From the NCBI GenBank assembly GCA_013265495.1, contig MU058418.1, positions 2,689,491-2,753,490 of the forward strand: a stretch of 64,000 nucleotides of DNA, read 5' to 3'. A program made the position numbers and the translations under genes. This DNA comes from Vicugna vicugna (lineage: Eukaryota). Below the pieces are notes generated by a model. The model was not told where the DNA came from. It saw only the letters and a program-made list of their open reading frames with translations, and did not search any database. Numbering within the stretch: position 1 is the stretch's first letter; each line of letters opens with the position of its first letter. Shown piece by piece: positions 1 through 13,001 of the stretch.

Positions 1-63
1 AATTTCCTTTGTTTATAAGCCACCCCATCTGTGTTATTTTGTTATCCAGAACAGACTAAGACA
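1..63 (+). mobile_element. 3' end of a MaLR LTR (MLT1/MST-like)
   Basis: Ends ...TAAGCCACCCCATCTGTGTTATTTTGTTAT...GACTAAGACA, the typical MaLR U5 terminus. Confidence 0.7.
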
Positions 64-486
64 GGTATCATGCAAGAATTATCTGTCACTCAAAAAGAAA
101 CATCTAAACAGGCTAGCCCTGAGACACTCTAGTACATATAAGGGTTTTTTGCCCCTAAATGGGATGGCCTAGGTGACTTGGGGTTAAACTGAAAGCAAGT
201 AGGAATAGGGTAGTCAGTGTGAAGCCAGGTGTGTGGCCTTGGGGAAGAGGAGTAAACTCTGGCGTGAGGGTCTGAGTTAAATGCAGACACTATGTAAGTG
301 TAAAGCATTATTCCAGGTTCGGCATTATGAGACTCATGTCACTGCACCACGTCCCAAGAGCCCACAGTCTTAGCGGCCAGACAGACCTGCACCACCGTGT
401 AGTGACTGAGCACCCTGAAGTCCTCTGGACTAAAAGCACCCTCACTGATTTCCCACAGGCTGCTTTTTCCTCTGGAATCCTTAGGG

Positions 487-640
487 CAAGGCCAGTTTCA
501 TGAGCATGCAACCTGCAGTATTAGAAGGGCCTGTGTTTGGCTTAATGCTCTGCTGACACTGTCCTGAGACTCTTAACAATTTTTGAACAAGAGTCCCTTT
601 TATTCTGCACTGAGCCCCACAAATTATTTAGTCAGTCTGC
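487..640 (+). mobile_element. MER91-like hAT-Tip100 non-autonomous DNA transposon
   Basis: AGAAGGGCC...TAATGCTCTGCTG...TCTTAACAATTTTTGAACAAG...TGCACTGAGCCCCACAAATTAT resembles the MER91A consensus. Confidence 0.7.
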
Positions 641-1264
641 CCTGAGGGACATCTTTCCTGGGGAAACAGGCTTTTCTTATAGCTATTCTTGTCCTATGAA
701 GGTTGAGCCAGCAGAGGCTGTAGTCAGAGAGAACCTGAGAACATTAACTCATATATCTTCCCAGTTAATGGCTTCCACCTCCCCATTTCTTTTCTCCATC
801 TCTGAATTAGCTGTTGATTACCACTCAGTCAAACAATATTTATCGAGCATCAGCCATCCAGTGCCAGGTACTAGTCAGCGTAGACATGAACAAAACCTGG
901 ACTCTCCCAAGAGGCACTCGCAGTCTGGTAGGGGAGACAGATACATACGAAATAACATTGATACGGAAATGTTAAAACATTACAGAAAATCGTTCTTTCC
1001 AGGAAATTTTTAACTATGAAGTCATAAATTATACACACATTTAAGGATAAATGCCTCTTAGTTTTGGTTGGTCACATTCTTTTTGAGTCAGTAGAGTGCC
1101 TCCCCCAGTTGCCACTGCTGTCAGCACAGCAACACAATGCTGCACGCGAACTCGTCCGGGCCTGAGGTTTAAAACTCCTCCACATCACTGTCGTGGGAGC
1201 TTTACAAGCACTCCGGCATCTGGCCCAGGAGCCTCTTTCTGAAAATGATAAGGCTCTTCTAAAT

Positions 1265-1485
1265 CAAGGATCTGAAACTTTTTCTATAAGAGGTCAAATA
1301 GCAAATATTTTAGACTTTGCAGGCCTTAAGTTCCGGTTGCAATTCCTCACCCTCTGTTGTAGCTCAAAAGCATCCAGAGACAGTAAGTAAACAAATGGTC
1401 AGGGCCGTGTTCCAATAAAATTCCACTTACCAAAACAGCCGGGAGGCTGGATTTGGCCTGCAAGGCTGTAGCTTGCTGAGCCCTG
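1265..1485 (+). mobile_element. MER58A-like hAT-Charlie element
   Basis: AAACTTTTTCTATAAG...AAATATTTTAGACTTTGCAGGCC...GTGTTCCAATAAAA...GGATTTGGCC...CCCTG. Flanks TTCTAAAT and CTCTATTT resemble the hAT NTCTAGAN target. Confidence 0.8.
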
Positions 1486-1611
1486 CTCTATTTGATTCTA
1501 ATTTGGATGTAGACTGGCCTGGAAGAGAGCGTTTACTTAAAATAATGCAAGAGAGACAGATTATGATATCTAGATTACAAACAACTTTGTCATCTAGGTG
1601 ACTTGGGTAAA

Positions 1612-2010
1612 TGTCGGTCAGGTCCCAGCAGGATTCTGTGGGAAGAATTTAGCAGAGAGACTATTTACAAAGGGGAAGGCAGAGTTTAGGAAACCAATAA
1701 GGAGTAATGCAGTACCCATGGCTGGTAGCACCAGGGAGCCCTTACAAACCTAAGTCTGAAGGAGCAAGGAGGGGGAGAAATTTGTGAAACCTAGAGAGGG
1801 AAACTGTGTGGAGAAGGTGTTTAATAGAGGAACACAGCCAATCCTGTCACATCCAGCACTATTATTTACCCACCCTACCTGTCAAACCCAAGGAGAAGCT
1901 GAAGAAGACAGAGGTTGCAATTGATCCACACAGGTCAGCCTCCCAGGGTACAAAGCAGGAGGAGCAGGATGGAAAGTGGATCAGGAGAGGCGAGTGGAAG
2001 GTCTCCTACA
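1612..2010. mobile_element. Ancient ERVL-class solo LTR (LTR33-like)
   Basis: TCAGGTCCCAGCAGGA...GACTATTTACAAAGG...GCAGTACCC...GGTCAGCCTCCCAGGGTACA resembles the recalled LTR33-type consensus. Confidence 0.5.
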
Positions 2011-5000
2011 CAGCATCCTTTGCAAAGAGGCATTGAGACTTGCATGAAGTCATTCATTCATTCACTGACCATTTGTGCCTCGTGCCAGGCTCTGGATTAC
2101 AATCCAATATGGGACACAGCTGTGTAAACCAATAAATGCAATGAAGTTCTGCAAGGGCTCTGACTGAAATCTCCATAGGGCACAAAGAGATGAAGGACCC
2201 AAGCATTACTCCAAAATAAATGCCAGAAAATACAAATGTAGGTTGTGGGAAGCAGTCTCCACTGTAAGAAGTCCAAAAGTTTCATTAAAGAGACACCTTA
2301 AACACAGTAGAAACACTTAACCTGGACTACACACAAAAGTAATGTCACAGATCAATAATGGTGACTCCATATGGTGAATCAACATGGTTAAAACAACAGG
2401 ATTATTTTAAGAGTCCACAAATAGTAAGTCCTTCTTGCTATCGGATACTTCTCAGTTCTAACACGACAATGCTAAATGCAGCAGCTGGAACAGTGAATAA
2501 TACAGCTTGTGGGCTCTCAGGTAGGGATATAATAGAAACATACAGCAGAGAGACACCCTTAGACGTGCTCTGGCTTAGTGCTCTCGTTGAGCTGTTTAAA
2601 AAACATTTCACATAATGTTCTCATTGGAATCAGTCTGACAGCAGTTCGTGATTATTTCCCCAAGGAAACCACTAGCTTTTATCATCTCTTTCAATTATCA
2701 TTTGTCTTAATTCTCTAGTGTACACATCAATATTTGTCCTTCAAAAATCCCACAAACAGAATTCTCTGAGCACATTAAAACACTGATGTTTGGTGTTTAC
2801 TAGAACAAGGCAAAAAAAAAACTCTTTTTCTTTTAAAAAAATTTTTATCATTATGACTTTCCCCCAAACAAATCCCTAAATGCCAGGGTCCACTATTAAC
2901 CACGTGCTCCAAATATCAAGTGGTCAGAACAAGGCTACCCCTATCGCTCCCAGGAGGTGGGAACGTAGATTCCCTGTCCTGTCTGTCATCCCCACTTTCT
3001 CTTCAGACAGATAAAGGAGCAGCTTAAGCAGGTGGTGGAGATACCATCACTGGGGGCTGGTCTGTCTGCCCCCAACAGCCTTGAGCTGAAATGTAGAACA
3101 GAGCATACACAATGAGTTGCCACAGAGAAGTGGCCAGGCTCCCGAGCCCCCGAGGAGACAGGGGTGCCATTGTTCCTTTGCAATCTGTAGTCCTGCCCCC
3201 TACCTAAACCACCAGGCCACTCATACAAAGGAGCCCCTCCCCTAACATGGACAGGCATCCCAGGAAAGGCAGGGTCTCAGATTTCTGAGGAAAGGGAGCA
3301 GCCCTCCACACTTTCTCTGGAACTTTCTCCAGGAAACATACACTGGGAAGTGAATTGGCTTCTAACGAGGGGCAAATGTTTTGATTACATAGCAAAAGTT
3401 CCCCAAAATTAACATTAAGGATAGCAAAAGACTCTATACACAACTAACTCATGTTGTTCGGGGGCTATTTTGCAAACATCTGAGATTCTCTTCCCAAAGG
3501 GTAAAAAGTGATCACTGAGTCAGCCCAAGATGATGCACAGAGATAATGGATCTGGCTCGAAAAGATTGCAACAAACACGGCCATAAGTCTTTCACATATT
3601 TTTATAATATGTGACTTCAGCATCAAATTTATTTCTTGAAAAAAAAATTCATTCAAGCCAAAGAAACTGAATTCCAAGATTTTACTATTAAAAGATAATG
3701 CAAAAAAAAGCAATCTTTCAGAATACTCTTTTGCTTACCAGCCTACACATGTGCACATAATAGAAATATATTAATTCAAGACCATAAGCCCCAGCAAAAC
3801 TGGTTGCATATATATATATACATATATGCAAAAAATATATATATGCAGACTCACCCATGACCTGAAAAGAGAGTCATTGATTCTGCCTTATGCAAAAGCT
3901 TTCTTTGCCTCAAAATTTGGAATAACAGCTTCATTCTTCACAGGCCATTTTCCCCACAACCATGAATGTCCTCACGTAGCCCAGACAGAAATTATCACAC
4001 TAACAACAGTGCCACATCAGCACAAGCAAGTTTTGTACAAGCATTTTTTTAAACTTTCTTTTAAAATAAAAACCAAATATAAAATAATCCCAAAGAAGGA
4101 GTCTAATGCTCCATCCCTCTGGTTCTCAATGCTTCTCCTCTTTGGGGATGAAATTATATGATGAGTGATATAAACGATCAGTTTCTTTATTGTGATGCAT
4201 AATTGGCAAAGTGTCTGGGATTACTTTTTTATAAAGTTTCAATACTCCCAATGCACATTCCCATAGCTAGTAAACTCTTGAAAGGGTTTTAAACCCAGCA
4301 ATTGTCTGTTGGGAGAGATCACTTGATTCTCTGTGTGTTGCTTGTGTCTGTGGAAAAAACAAGTTTGTGAGTCCTTGACTCAAACTAAACAATACGCTGA
4401 GCATGCGTGATGAGCTGATGTTGGGGAAGCCCAAGCTTTCTGGGAGAAACAAACCCAAAACAAGCAAAATATATTTATTTAGCAATTTTGCTGCAATTTT
4501 GTGCTAATTAAGAGCATCTGTTAGTGGGTAGGAAACAATGATTGAAGGAAATTGTTTGTTCCTTTTGAGAAGGAGAAGGGGGGTTGTGGGAGTTGTTGGC
4601 GGAAGGGGAAGACTCAAAATGGTACCTGTGCAGAGCCTGAATCCAGGCACAGCTGAGAGTGTGTGAGCACCAGCCACTGCCTTTCTGTAAGGCCCTGAGA
4701 TGATCATGGCTTTTAGGACTCCATCTGAGTGTGAGGGGCCCTGAAATTCTCTGGGGTGGCAGCTCACATTCCTCCCCCATGTCTCCGTGTGACTGGCCTT
4801 TCTCTCAGAATCAGCCCTGCTTCAAAAAGAGCAGAGGTCAGTTGCACATTTTATGGTGACAATTCATCCAAAACTTTCATCAAAAAAAAAAAAAAAAAAA
4901 GAATCTCAGTTTTAGTTCTAACATGGGTAAGCACACCCCACCCTGTGTCTGGCACTGAATGCAACAACAAAACCGGGACGAAATGCACAGAGCAGCTATT

Positions 5001-5567
5001 TGAGAAATCTGAAAAGCAAACACTGGCAGGCAGATTGGGAAAGAAGACCAGAATTCAAAGCACCACCAACCGGCAGTGAGGTCACTATTGTCTTCTTCTA
5101 GTATTCTCCTTATGACCCCACTCAAGGCAGCCTCACACTGGACGTGGGCATCAGTGCAGACCAAGAGCTCCAGGAGAAGCCCTGTAGTTCAGGCTCAAGG
5201 AGGGAAAGGGTCTCCTAATGCTCAGAGAAAGTCGATGGGGGTGCCCCATTTCCCCCTCCTTCTATTTCCTTTCCTCCATTCTAGTGTCCCAACTCCCAGG
5301 CAATCCCACTGCGGCAGTGGAGGCCACAGCTGGAGTCTGCAGGCACCTAAAACTCTGAGGAAAGGGAAGCTTCCTCTCTAATCTGAGGCTGTGGCCTCAA
5401 GAGGATGAGGTGAACCCCTGCTGAGTATTTTCTTTCTTCTCCTAAAGCTTGACCTTGGACTTGGGCACAGTCACAGGAAATGTGCAGCAAAGCATGGGCA
5501 GAGCAGGGGTAACTAAAGCCTAACCTTTCTAGCCAGAGGTTCAGAAACCATGAGGAACTGGATAACA

Positions 5568-5690
5568 CAGTTGGCCCCTGATTTCCATGGGCGTGGAACC
5601 CAGGCACACTGATGCCATTGTATAAGGGACTTGAGCACCTGAGGAGTTTGGTATTCCCAGGGGTCCTGGAACCAATCCCCTGGACAACTG
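5568..5690 (-). mobile_element. MER2-like TcMar-Tigger MITE
   Basis: Inverted termini CAGTTG...CAACTG followed by TA. The minus strand reads GGGGATTGGTTCCAGGACCCC...TGCTCAAGTCCCTTATA. Confidence 0.7.
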
Positions 5691-5989
5691 TACTGCGGAA
5701 ATCATAGAGAAGGAGAGCTACCCCATTAAGTGGTTTATGAGGGTCCAGGCTCACCTCTGAACAAGAGATGCAAGAATCTGATCCCGGTTAACATATCAAA
5801 GACTCTGAAAACCAAGCTAACAGACAGGCCTCCATCAGGTCCCAGACTGGCCACTGGATGTCATACATGTGAGACAGATCTGAAGAACACTGCAAAGGTT
5901 TTGAAAAGAGAACTGATATTAAAATCACAATCCACAGAAGGCTGGCTGGAACTTGAGGCCTGGACCCAACCAGGTTAATTGCTTGTGAA

Positions 5990-6715
5990 AACAAATATAT
6001 GGACAGTATCTATAGAATTTAAACATGACTCAGGTCCTCATAATATAATATACAAAATGTCCAGGACATAATCTAAAACCACTCAACATATGAAGAGTCA
6101 GGAAAATCCCAGCTGGTGTTGGGAGAAGACAACTGACAGATGCCAAAGCAGGCATGACACAGATGTTGGAATTAATTGACAAAAGCTTAAAAGCAACTAT
6201 TACACAATACTCCGAGAAGTAAGAGTGCACACTGTTGAAACCAATGGGAAGATAGAAAATCTCAGCAAAGAAACAGGTGATATAAAGAGCCAAATGGAAA
6301 CTTTAGAACTGAAAAATACAATAACCAAAATTAAAATCTCAGTGGACGGACTCAACAGAAAAATGGATATGACACAAGAAAGAGTCAGTGAACTTGAAGA
6401 TAGATCAATAGAGAGTATCCAATCTGAACAACAAAGAGAAAGAATGATTTGAAATAAAAAAAAGAAAGGAGCCTCAGGGACCTGTGGGACAATATTAAGA
6501 GGTCTAACACTCAGTCATTGGAATCCCAGAGCAGGAAGGGAAAGAATACAGCGCATAAAATATATATATATAATAAAAGGTATAATAGCTAAAAGATTTC
6601 CAAATTTCATAATAGACATAAACCTAAAGATTCAAGAAGCTCAGTAAACTCCAAATAGAAAGATTCAAAGAAATTCACATGCATACACATCATAATCAAA
6701 CTGCTGAAAACAACA
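5990..6715 (+). mobile_element. Old L1 (L1M) ORF1 fragment
   Basis: ORF 6225-6452 (ELKNTITKIKISVDGLNRKMD..ERVSELEDRSIE) is L1 ORF1p coiled-coil-like. It is followed by degenerate ORF1 sequence (GACCTGTGGGACAAT, GATTCAAGAAGCTCAG). Confidence 0.8.
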
Positions 6716-7293
6716 GAAAAGGCTTAGGCTCTATGAATCTTGTGATAGACTTCATAGTGGGCCAGGGTCTAAATGGCTAGATAAGTAAGGCAGAGCCAGT
6801 AAGCCCACAGGTGGGAGCCTCTTACCCTGAAGCCCCCTTCCTGTTAAGACCCAGTCCCATCTCTCCAAGTTCATCTGCCAAATGTCTCCAGCTGCAGGCA
6901 GCACACATGCTGAAATCCAAATCCAGAGCACATTCTGAATCCTTTCCCATCAATCTGTCACCTCTGCATCATTACACGGAGTGTAGGCTGGGAGGCAAAG
7001 GAACCAGAAATCAAATCAACTCTGACAAGAAAAAATGCACTATCATCTAAGCAGGCCCTGATAACTTTTAGGAAGAAATTTTTTAAAAATAAAATTAAAA
7101 ATAAAAGGACAAGGAGGAATAAATGCTCAGCTCTAGATTTATTCTCTAACTTATCCACGTAATTTGGAATGAAATGCCAAACAAATTTGACTTAGGTTTC
7201 ACTCTTAAACTGACATCGTTAAATTCACTACATTCTCTGTGTGTGTCAAAATAGTTCAAGACTGAGTGAGACTGAAATACACAAACGGATGGC

Positions 7294-7363
7294 GAAAAGA
7301 ATAAAACATACAATGTACTTTAGGTTTTAATCATAGACAGTAAAAAAAAGAAGCTAAATTCCT
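7294..7363 (+). repeat. Copy 1 of a dispersed ~70 bp direct repeat
   Basis: AATGTACTTTAGGTTTTAATCATAGACAGTAAAAAAAAGAAGCTAAATTCCT aligns with 8665-8736. Confidence 0.8.
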
Positions 7364-8664
7364 GGAGTAGATCCAGTGAAACACAGAGGTTTACATTCGT
7401 TTTCATGATGTGGAAACCACACAGCATCTATGTACATAGTAGACACTCAAATGTCAAATTGTGGATCTCTCTAGGGTTACACACCAACCAGGAAAAGAAA
7501 GAAGGAGTTTCATTTGTCTTATAAAAGTAAGATTCTATGTTTGCTTAAGAAAGCAAATAGGAATTTAGAAACAGTATTTATCACATTTTTAAGGATTCTC
7601 CTTTTCTTTCTCCTCCCTCTTCTCTCCCCCCACCCACCTCCATCTCACACACACACATTCCTCTACACACAGAGAAACCCTATTCAAAATGTATAAGGTA
7701 CCTAGACTTCCTGGGACTCAGAATCCTAGAAGCTTAACATCATCTGAACAAACATCAGTCTGCTCTAAAGTCACAGGCTTACTTCAGTTCAAAACCTCCA
7801 GCCAGTTAATATCTTCCAAATATTTATCAGTTTCCAAAACATCAGCCACTCAGGACGGAAGGTCTTCAACACCCCTATAAACCATTTCAAGGATACTTGG
7901 ATCCTGAGTAGCTGCCAAAGCCAAAGGAAAAGTGGAGTTAGCAGAGGGTGGGAAGAACAGAAAAACCACCAGTAAGGAGGGAGAGGAATGGAGAAGGGAA
8001 ACAGGGAAGGAGGGGCATGGGAGGAAAATGGGGTTGCTCCCCTAATACCTACACAGCCATCTCCATCCTCCCCACAAGTTTACCTAGGACCCAGGGTTGT
8101 CCATAAGGGATACCCAGGCCTCTTTGGTGGTTCTCAGCCCACGTTGAGTCTTCAAACCTCATGCCAAATCATAAGTCTCCCCATGGGTTCCCCCACTGAG
8201 ATCCTTCAGCTGCTCGTCATATCCCTGAAAATACCCCATTAGTCTCTCAGCCTTGGAGCCTTTAACGTGGTTCTGTGGCACAATGTTGAACAGAAAGCCT
8301 GTCAGTGGTAAAGCTCAGTGCTGCTGAGCTGTTTCACAGGGAAAGTGTTTCAGTTCTAGAGCCTAAATGAGACGTGATTTTTATCACCAAAAAGAATTAA
8401 AATGTGCCACCCAGAGCATGTGAGACACAGAGCTGGAGCATCCCACAGCCACCCTGCAGGCTGACACGGGGACCAGCAGCTGCATGTGGCACATGGTGGA
8501 TGGGACACAAAGCTATCCCCAGAAATCAACCGTAGACACAGAATGGTGCTTGGGTAGTCTCCTTTGAAAAAGGACATAGCAAGCAAGACATAAAGTGCTC
8601 TGCTACGAGCAGGGCAGCCCAGGGTACACGGGAGGGAAAGAGCAAAGTGGGGTCCAGGAGCCCA

Positions 8665-8736
8665 GAAAAAGAAAGTAAAACGTATAATGTATTTTAGGTT
8701 TTTATCATAGACAGTAGAAAGAGAAGCCAAATTCCT
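8665..8736 (+). repeat. Copy 2 of a dispersed ~70 bp direct repeat
   Basis: AATGTATTTTAGGTTTTTATCATAGACAGTAGAAAGAGAAGCCAAATTCCT aligns with 7294-7363. Confidence 0.8.
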
Positions 8737-9654
8737 TCCTCCTTGACACCATGGGTCGAGGGTATCATCAGGTTCCCAATGAGGCTGTCACATCCCACTA
8801 AACGTTAAGTCATCAGTTGCACACAACTATGTAGGTACGTATTTCTTAGTTTTAAGTATATGTACACTCATTATCAGCTAACTCTTGTCTTCATATTATC
8901 CATGTTTCGTATTTTCCATATTACCACTCTCTGACCCTTTTGATTGTGATATATAGCGTCTGGTTGCCAGAGTGAATCTTACTGACAATTAGAGATAAGA
9001 CTCTGGTTTTGGGACATTCCTCACATGATTCTATATTTATAGAACATTTTTCTGTCTGAGTGCACTGTAAGTTATAGTGCCTGACAAGTAGAAGCAGCCC
9101 AATAAATGTTTCTTTTTCATCTGTGGGTGGCTGCCAGCAGTGTAAAACAAGGCAGAGAGAGCTGGCTGGACAACTCTGGAACCAAAAGCACTTAAGCTGC
9201 AAACCTAAATGGAAGGAAAGATCTACAATCTTTATCACTAAGTGGCCCTTTTCAGGAACATGAAGAATTGCTAAAGGAAGCAGGCCTTTTCGGAGGTCAA
9301 TTATGACCGGGTTTGTAACTCTCTGGACTCAGAGTTCTTTGGTAAATGAGAGTGGGACCCTCCAAGGTTAGAAGTGAAGCTGCCAAAGTGTCATCTGACC
9401 TCGGCCCAGTCCTCTTTCCCTAATTCAGACTGAAAGTAATAAGTGAAGGGGACAAATTGTGCAAATAAATATAGCAGTTCAAATCTGATAAAAAATTTTG
9501 GCCATATTTCTTAATCGTATGAGAAAGGAGGGCTGCATTAAAGAAAAACAAACATCCATCCACAAGGAAGAGCTTCATAAACAAACAGGTTTTAGAATTC
9601 AGAAGACAGAAACTATTTCTAGCTTACGTTTTGTTTCATACTAGTCGAGAATCA

Positions 9655-9815
9655 CTGTATTCAAAGAGATCTTAAGGGTGATCTAGACCAACTCTTTTTC
9701 ATTATAGATGAAGAAAATGAAGCTCAGAGAGGTGAAATGACATACAAGTCACATAGGTAGAAGGAGGCAGGGCTGTAACTTGGACCCAGACCTCTAAGCT
9801 GCTTGTTCCATCCTT
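9655..9815 (-). mobile_element. MIR SINE fragment
   Basis: CATTATAGATGAAGAAAATGAAGCTCAGAGAGGTGAAATGAC is the MIR core. Confidence 0.65.
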
Positions 9816-9950
9816 GCTCTGCTATACCATGTTTCCCCCATCCCAGGTCCAAGAGTTTTATCTCCCCCATATCTAGTTTTCCTGTTGAGATAGACATTAC
9901 ATGCCCATAGCAACTTAGAAGGGATTCTCAGGTAAAAATCAAAATGGCTG

Positions 9951-11137
9951 CCCTTCTACCCAGGTGACAGAAATAAAAGCAAAAATAAACAAATGGGACC
10001 TAATTAAACTTACAAGCTTTTGAAAAGCAAAGAAAACCATAAGCAAAACAAAAAGACAACCTATAGAATGGGAAAGAATATTTGCAAAAGATGAGACTGA
10101 CAAGGGCTTAATTTCCAGAATATATAAACAGCTCATACAACTTAATAAGAAAAAAACAAACAACCCAGTCCAAAAATGGGAAGAAGACCTAAACAAGCTA
10201 TTTTCCAATGAAGACATACAAATGGCCAATAGGCACATGAAAAAATGCTCAAATCGCTAATTATCAGAGAAATGCAAATCAAAACTACAATAATGTATTA
10301 CCTCACACTAGTCAGAATGGCCATCATTAAAAAGTCCACAAACGATAAATGCTGGAGAGGGTGTGGAGAAAAGGGAACCCTCCTACACTGTTGATGGGAA
10401 TGTAGTTTGGTGCAGCCATTATGGAAAACAGCACGGAGATTCCTCAAAAAACTAAAAACATAGACTTACCATATGATCCAGCAATCCCACTCCTGGGCAT
10501 ATACCCAGAGGGAACTCTAATTTGAAAAGATACATGTACCCTAATGTTCATTGCAGTACTATTTACAATAGCCAAGACATAAGAGCAACCTAAATGTCCA
10601 TCAACAGATGATTGGATAAAGAATTTGTGGTATGTTTTACAATGGAATGCTACTCAGCCATAAAAAAGAATAAAATAATGCCATTTGCAGCAACATGGAT
10701 GGACCTAGAGATCGTCATTATAAGTGAAGTAAGCCAGAAAGAGAAAGAAAAATACCATATGATATCACTCATATGTAGAACCTAAAAAAAGAAAAAAAGA
10801 GGACACTAATGAACACACCTACTGAACAGAAACAGAGTTGCAGACATAGTAAACAATCTTATGGTTACCTGGGGAAAGGGGGTGGGAAAGGATAAATTTT
10901 GGAGTTTGAGATTTGCAAGTGTTACCCACTATATATAAAAAATATAGATTAAAAAAATTTCTTCTGGATAGCACAGGGAACTATAGTTAATATCTTATAA
11001 TAACTTTTAATGAAAAAATATGAAAACAAATGTATGTATGTATACACATGACTAGGACATTGTGCTGTACACCAGAAATTGACACACTGTAACTGACTGT
11101 ACTTCAATTAATTAATTAATTAATTTTTAAAAATAAA
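9951..11137 (+). mobile_element. 5'-truncated L1 (ORF2 end + 3' UTR) with TSD
   Basis: Typical ORF2 C-terminal sequence (AAATGGGACCTAATTAAACT, GCAATCCCACTCCTGGG, TTTGCAGCAACATGGATGGACC), 3' UTR and A-rich tail. TSD CAAAATGGCTG at 9940-9950 and 11138-11148. Confidence 0.92.
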
Positions 11138-12264
11138 CAAAATGGCTGTCTTGCACTGACACACTCATTGATGCAATGGGTAACAAATTTATGAAATTCT
11201 TTATCCATAAAATGTGGAACACACTAAAAAATCTTGCAGTGGCTCTGAACATGTCATAGATGATGAATCCTCAGTGATTTAAAAGGAGGATTAGAATGTG
11301 TCAGGGGAAAGGATTCACATCTTTCTGATGAATGTCAGTGGTGTGTCTAAGTTGAGGCAATGCCAGCCTGAGTTCCTGAGTGACAGCCAGAAAGTGAGAT
11401 CTTGCCTCTCTCCCCTACCAACCCACACTAGAAATAAAGGATGAATAATAAAAAAAGTTTATATTAATGTACTGAAATTTTGAGGATGTTACTACAGGAA
11501 AACCTAGCCTATCCTGACTGATACAGGTCCCTAAAAGACACTGGGTAAATTATGAATCCATCCCCACAGAACCCTCCCAAATCCACACCATCAGAAATTG
11601 AACGGTAGGCTAGAACAAACCATTGGTCTTATGGAGATTCTTGTATGAGGAAAGAAAAGAAATATAACCAAAGATAATTCACTGTCAAGAAAAGACTCGG
11701 TTAGGAAGTGCTCAGATAAAAATCATAAGGACATTGATTACAGAACAGATCCTACGGGTTGGTTTGTTTTCTGAAAGCATCCTGCCCCTCATATGCCAGG
11801 CCAGGCCTTTTTCCTCCTACTCAGAACTTTCTCCCTTATTCCCTAGTCAATTCAAATTCCACTTATTTTTTCAGGGTCCAGGTTTAGTCCCACATAATTC
11901 CCCCAGAGTTCCTAATCACTCTAGCTTCTACTATGCACAAAATAAACTATGCAAACCAGGTGCTGTGGCGATTATTACTTGTACTTCTCATCTTATACTG
12001 AATCAGATGTTTGGTATAAGCTATTTCAAGCATGTCAATCTTGTTTCTCAAACCAGACTACAAGCTTTGTGAGTACACCATGTGTTTTACTTCTTTTGCA
12101 GTCCCCCACAAAAATGATTCCAAGGGACATTTTTACATTAATTGAAATGCCAGGGAAGAAAGAACATGATAGAATTCTTGGGCTTGAGGACCATTTTTTA
12201 TTAATTTAGAAGAAAGTAGGGAAATTCACTAGCTGGGCTTTATAATAATACCTTGATCTAACTA

Positions 12265-12901
12265 GGAATAGGCTTACCATATGACCCAGGAATCCTGCTC
12301 CTGGGCACATATACAGAAAGAATCCTACTTCAAAATGGCACCTGCACCCCAATGTTCATAGCAGCACTATTTACAATAGCCAAGACGTGGAAACAGCCCA
12401 AATGTCCATCACCAGATGACTGGATAAAGAAGATGTGGTGTATTTATACAATGGAATACTATTCAGCCATAAAAACCGACAACATAACACCATTTGCAGC
12501 AACATGGATGCTCCTGGAGAATATCATTCTAAGTGAAGTAAGCCAGAAGGAGAAAGAAAAATACCATATGAGATCACTCATACGCAGAATCTTAAAAAAA
12601 AACAAACAAACATAAATACAAAACAGAAACAGACTCATAGACATAGAATACAAACTTGCAGTTGCCAGGGGGATGGGGGGTGAGAAGGGACAGACTGGGA
12701 TTTCAAAATGTAGAATAGATAAACAAGATTGTACTGTGTAGCACAGGGAAATATATACAGGATCTTGTGGTGGCTCACAGAGAAAGAGAATGTGACAATG
12801 AATGTATGTATGTTCATGTATAAATGAAAAATTGTGCTCTACACTGGAATTTGACACAACGTTGTTAAATGACTAAAACTCAATTTTAAAAAGTTCAAAA
12901 A
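12265..12901 (+). mobile_element. 5'-truncated L1 with a different 3' UTR subfamily, with TSD
   Basis: ORF 12352-12615 MFIAALFTIAKTWKQPKCPS..WIKKMW..YTMEYYSAIK is the L1 ORF2p C-terminus. TSD AATACCTTGATCTA(A/G)CTA at 12247-12264 and 12902-12919. Confidence 0.92.
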
Positions 12902-13001
12902 AATACCTTGATCTAGCTAAATATAAATACTATTTATTTACTTCAGTGGAAATAAATTATTATCAATCTTAAATGTCTTTAATTCAAATTAAAATAAAAC
13001 C

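Noticed and set aside
4882..4899. Poly(A) run as a possible retrocopy tail
   Set aside because: No recognisable upstream mRNA or SINE body and no TSD. Treated as a simple homopolymer.
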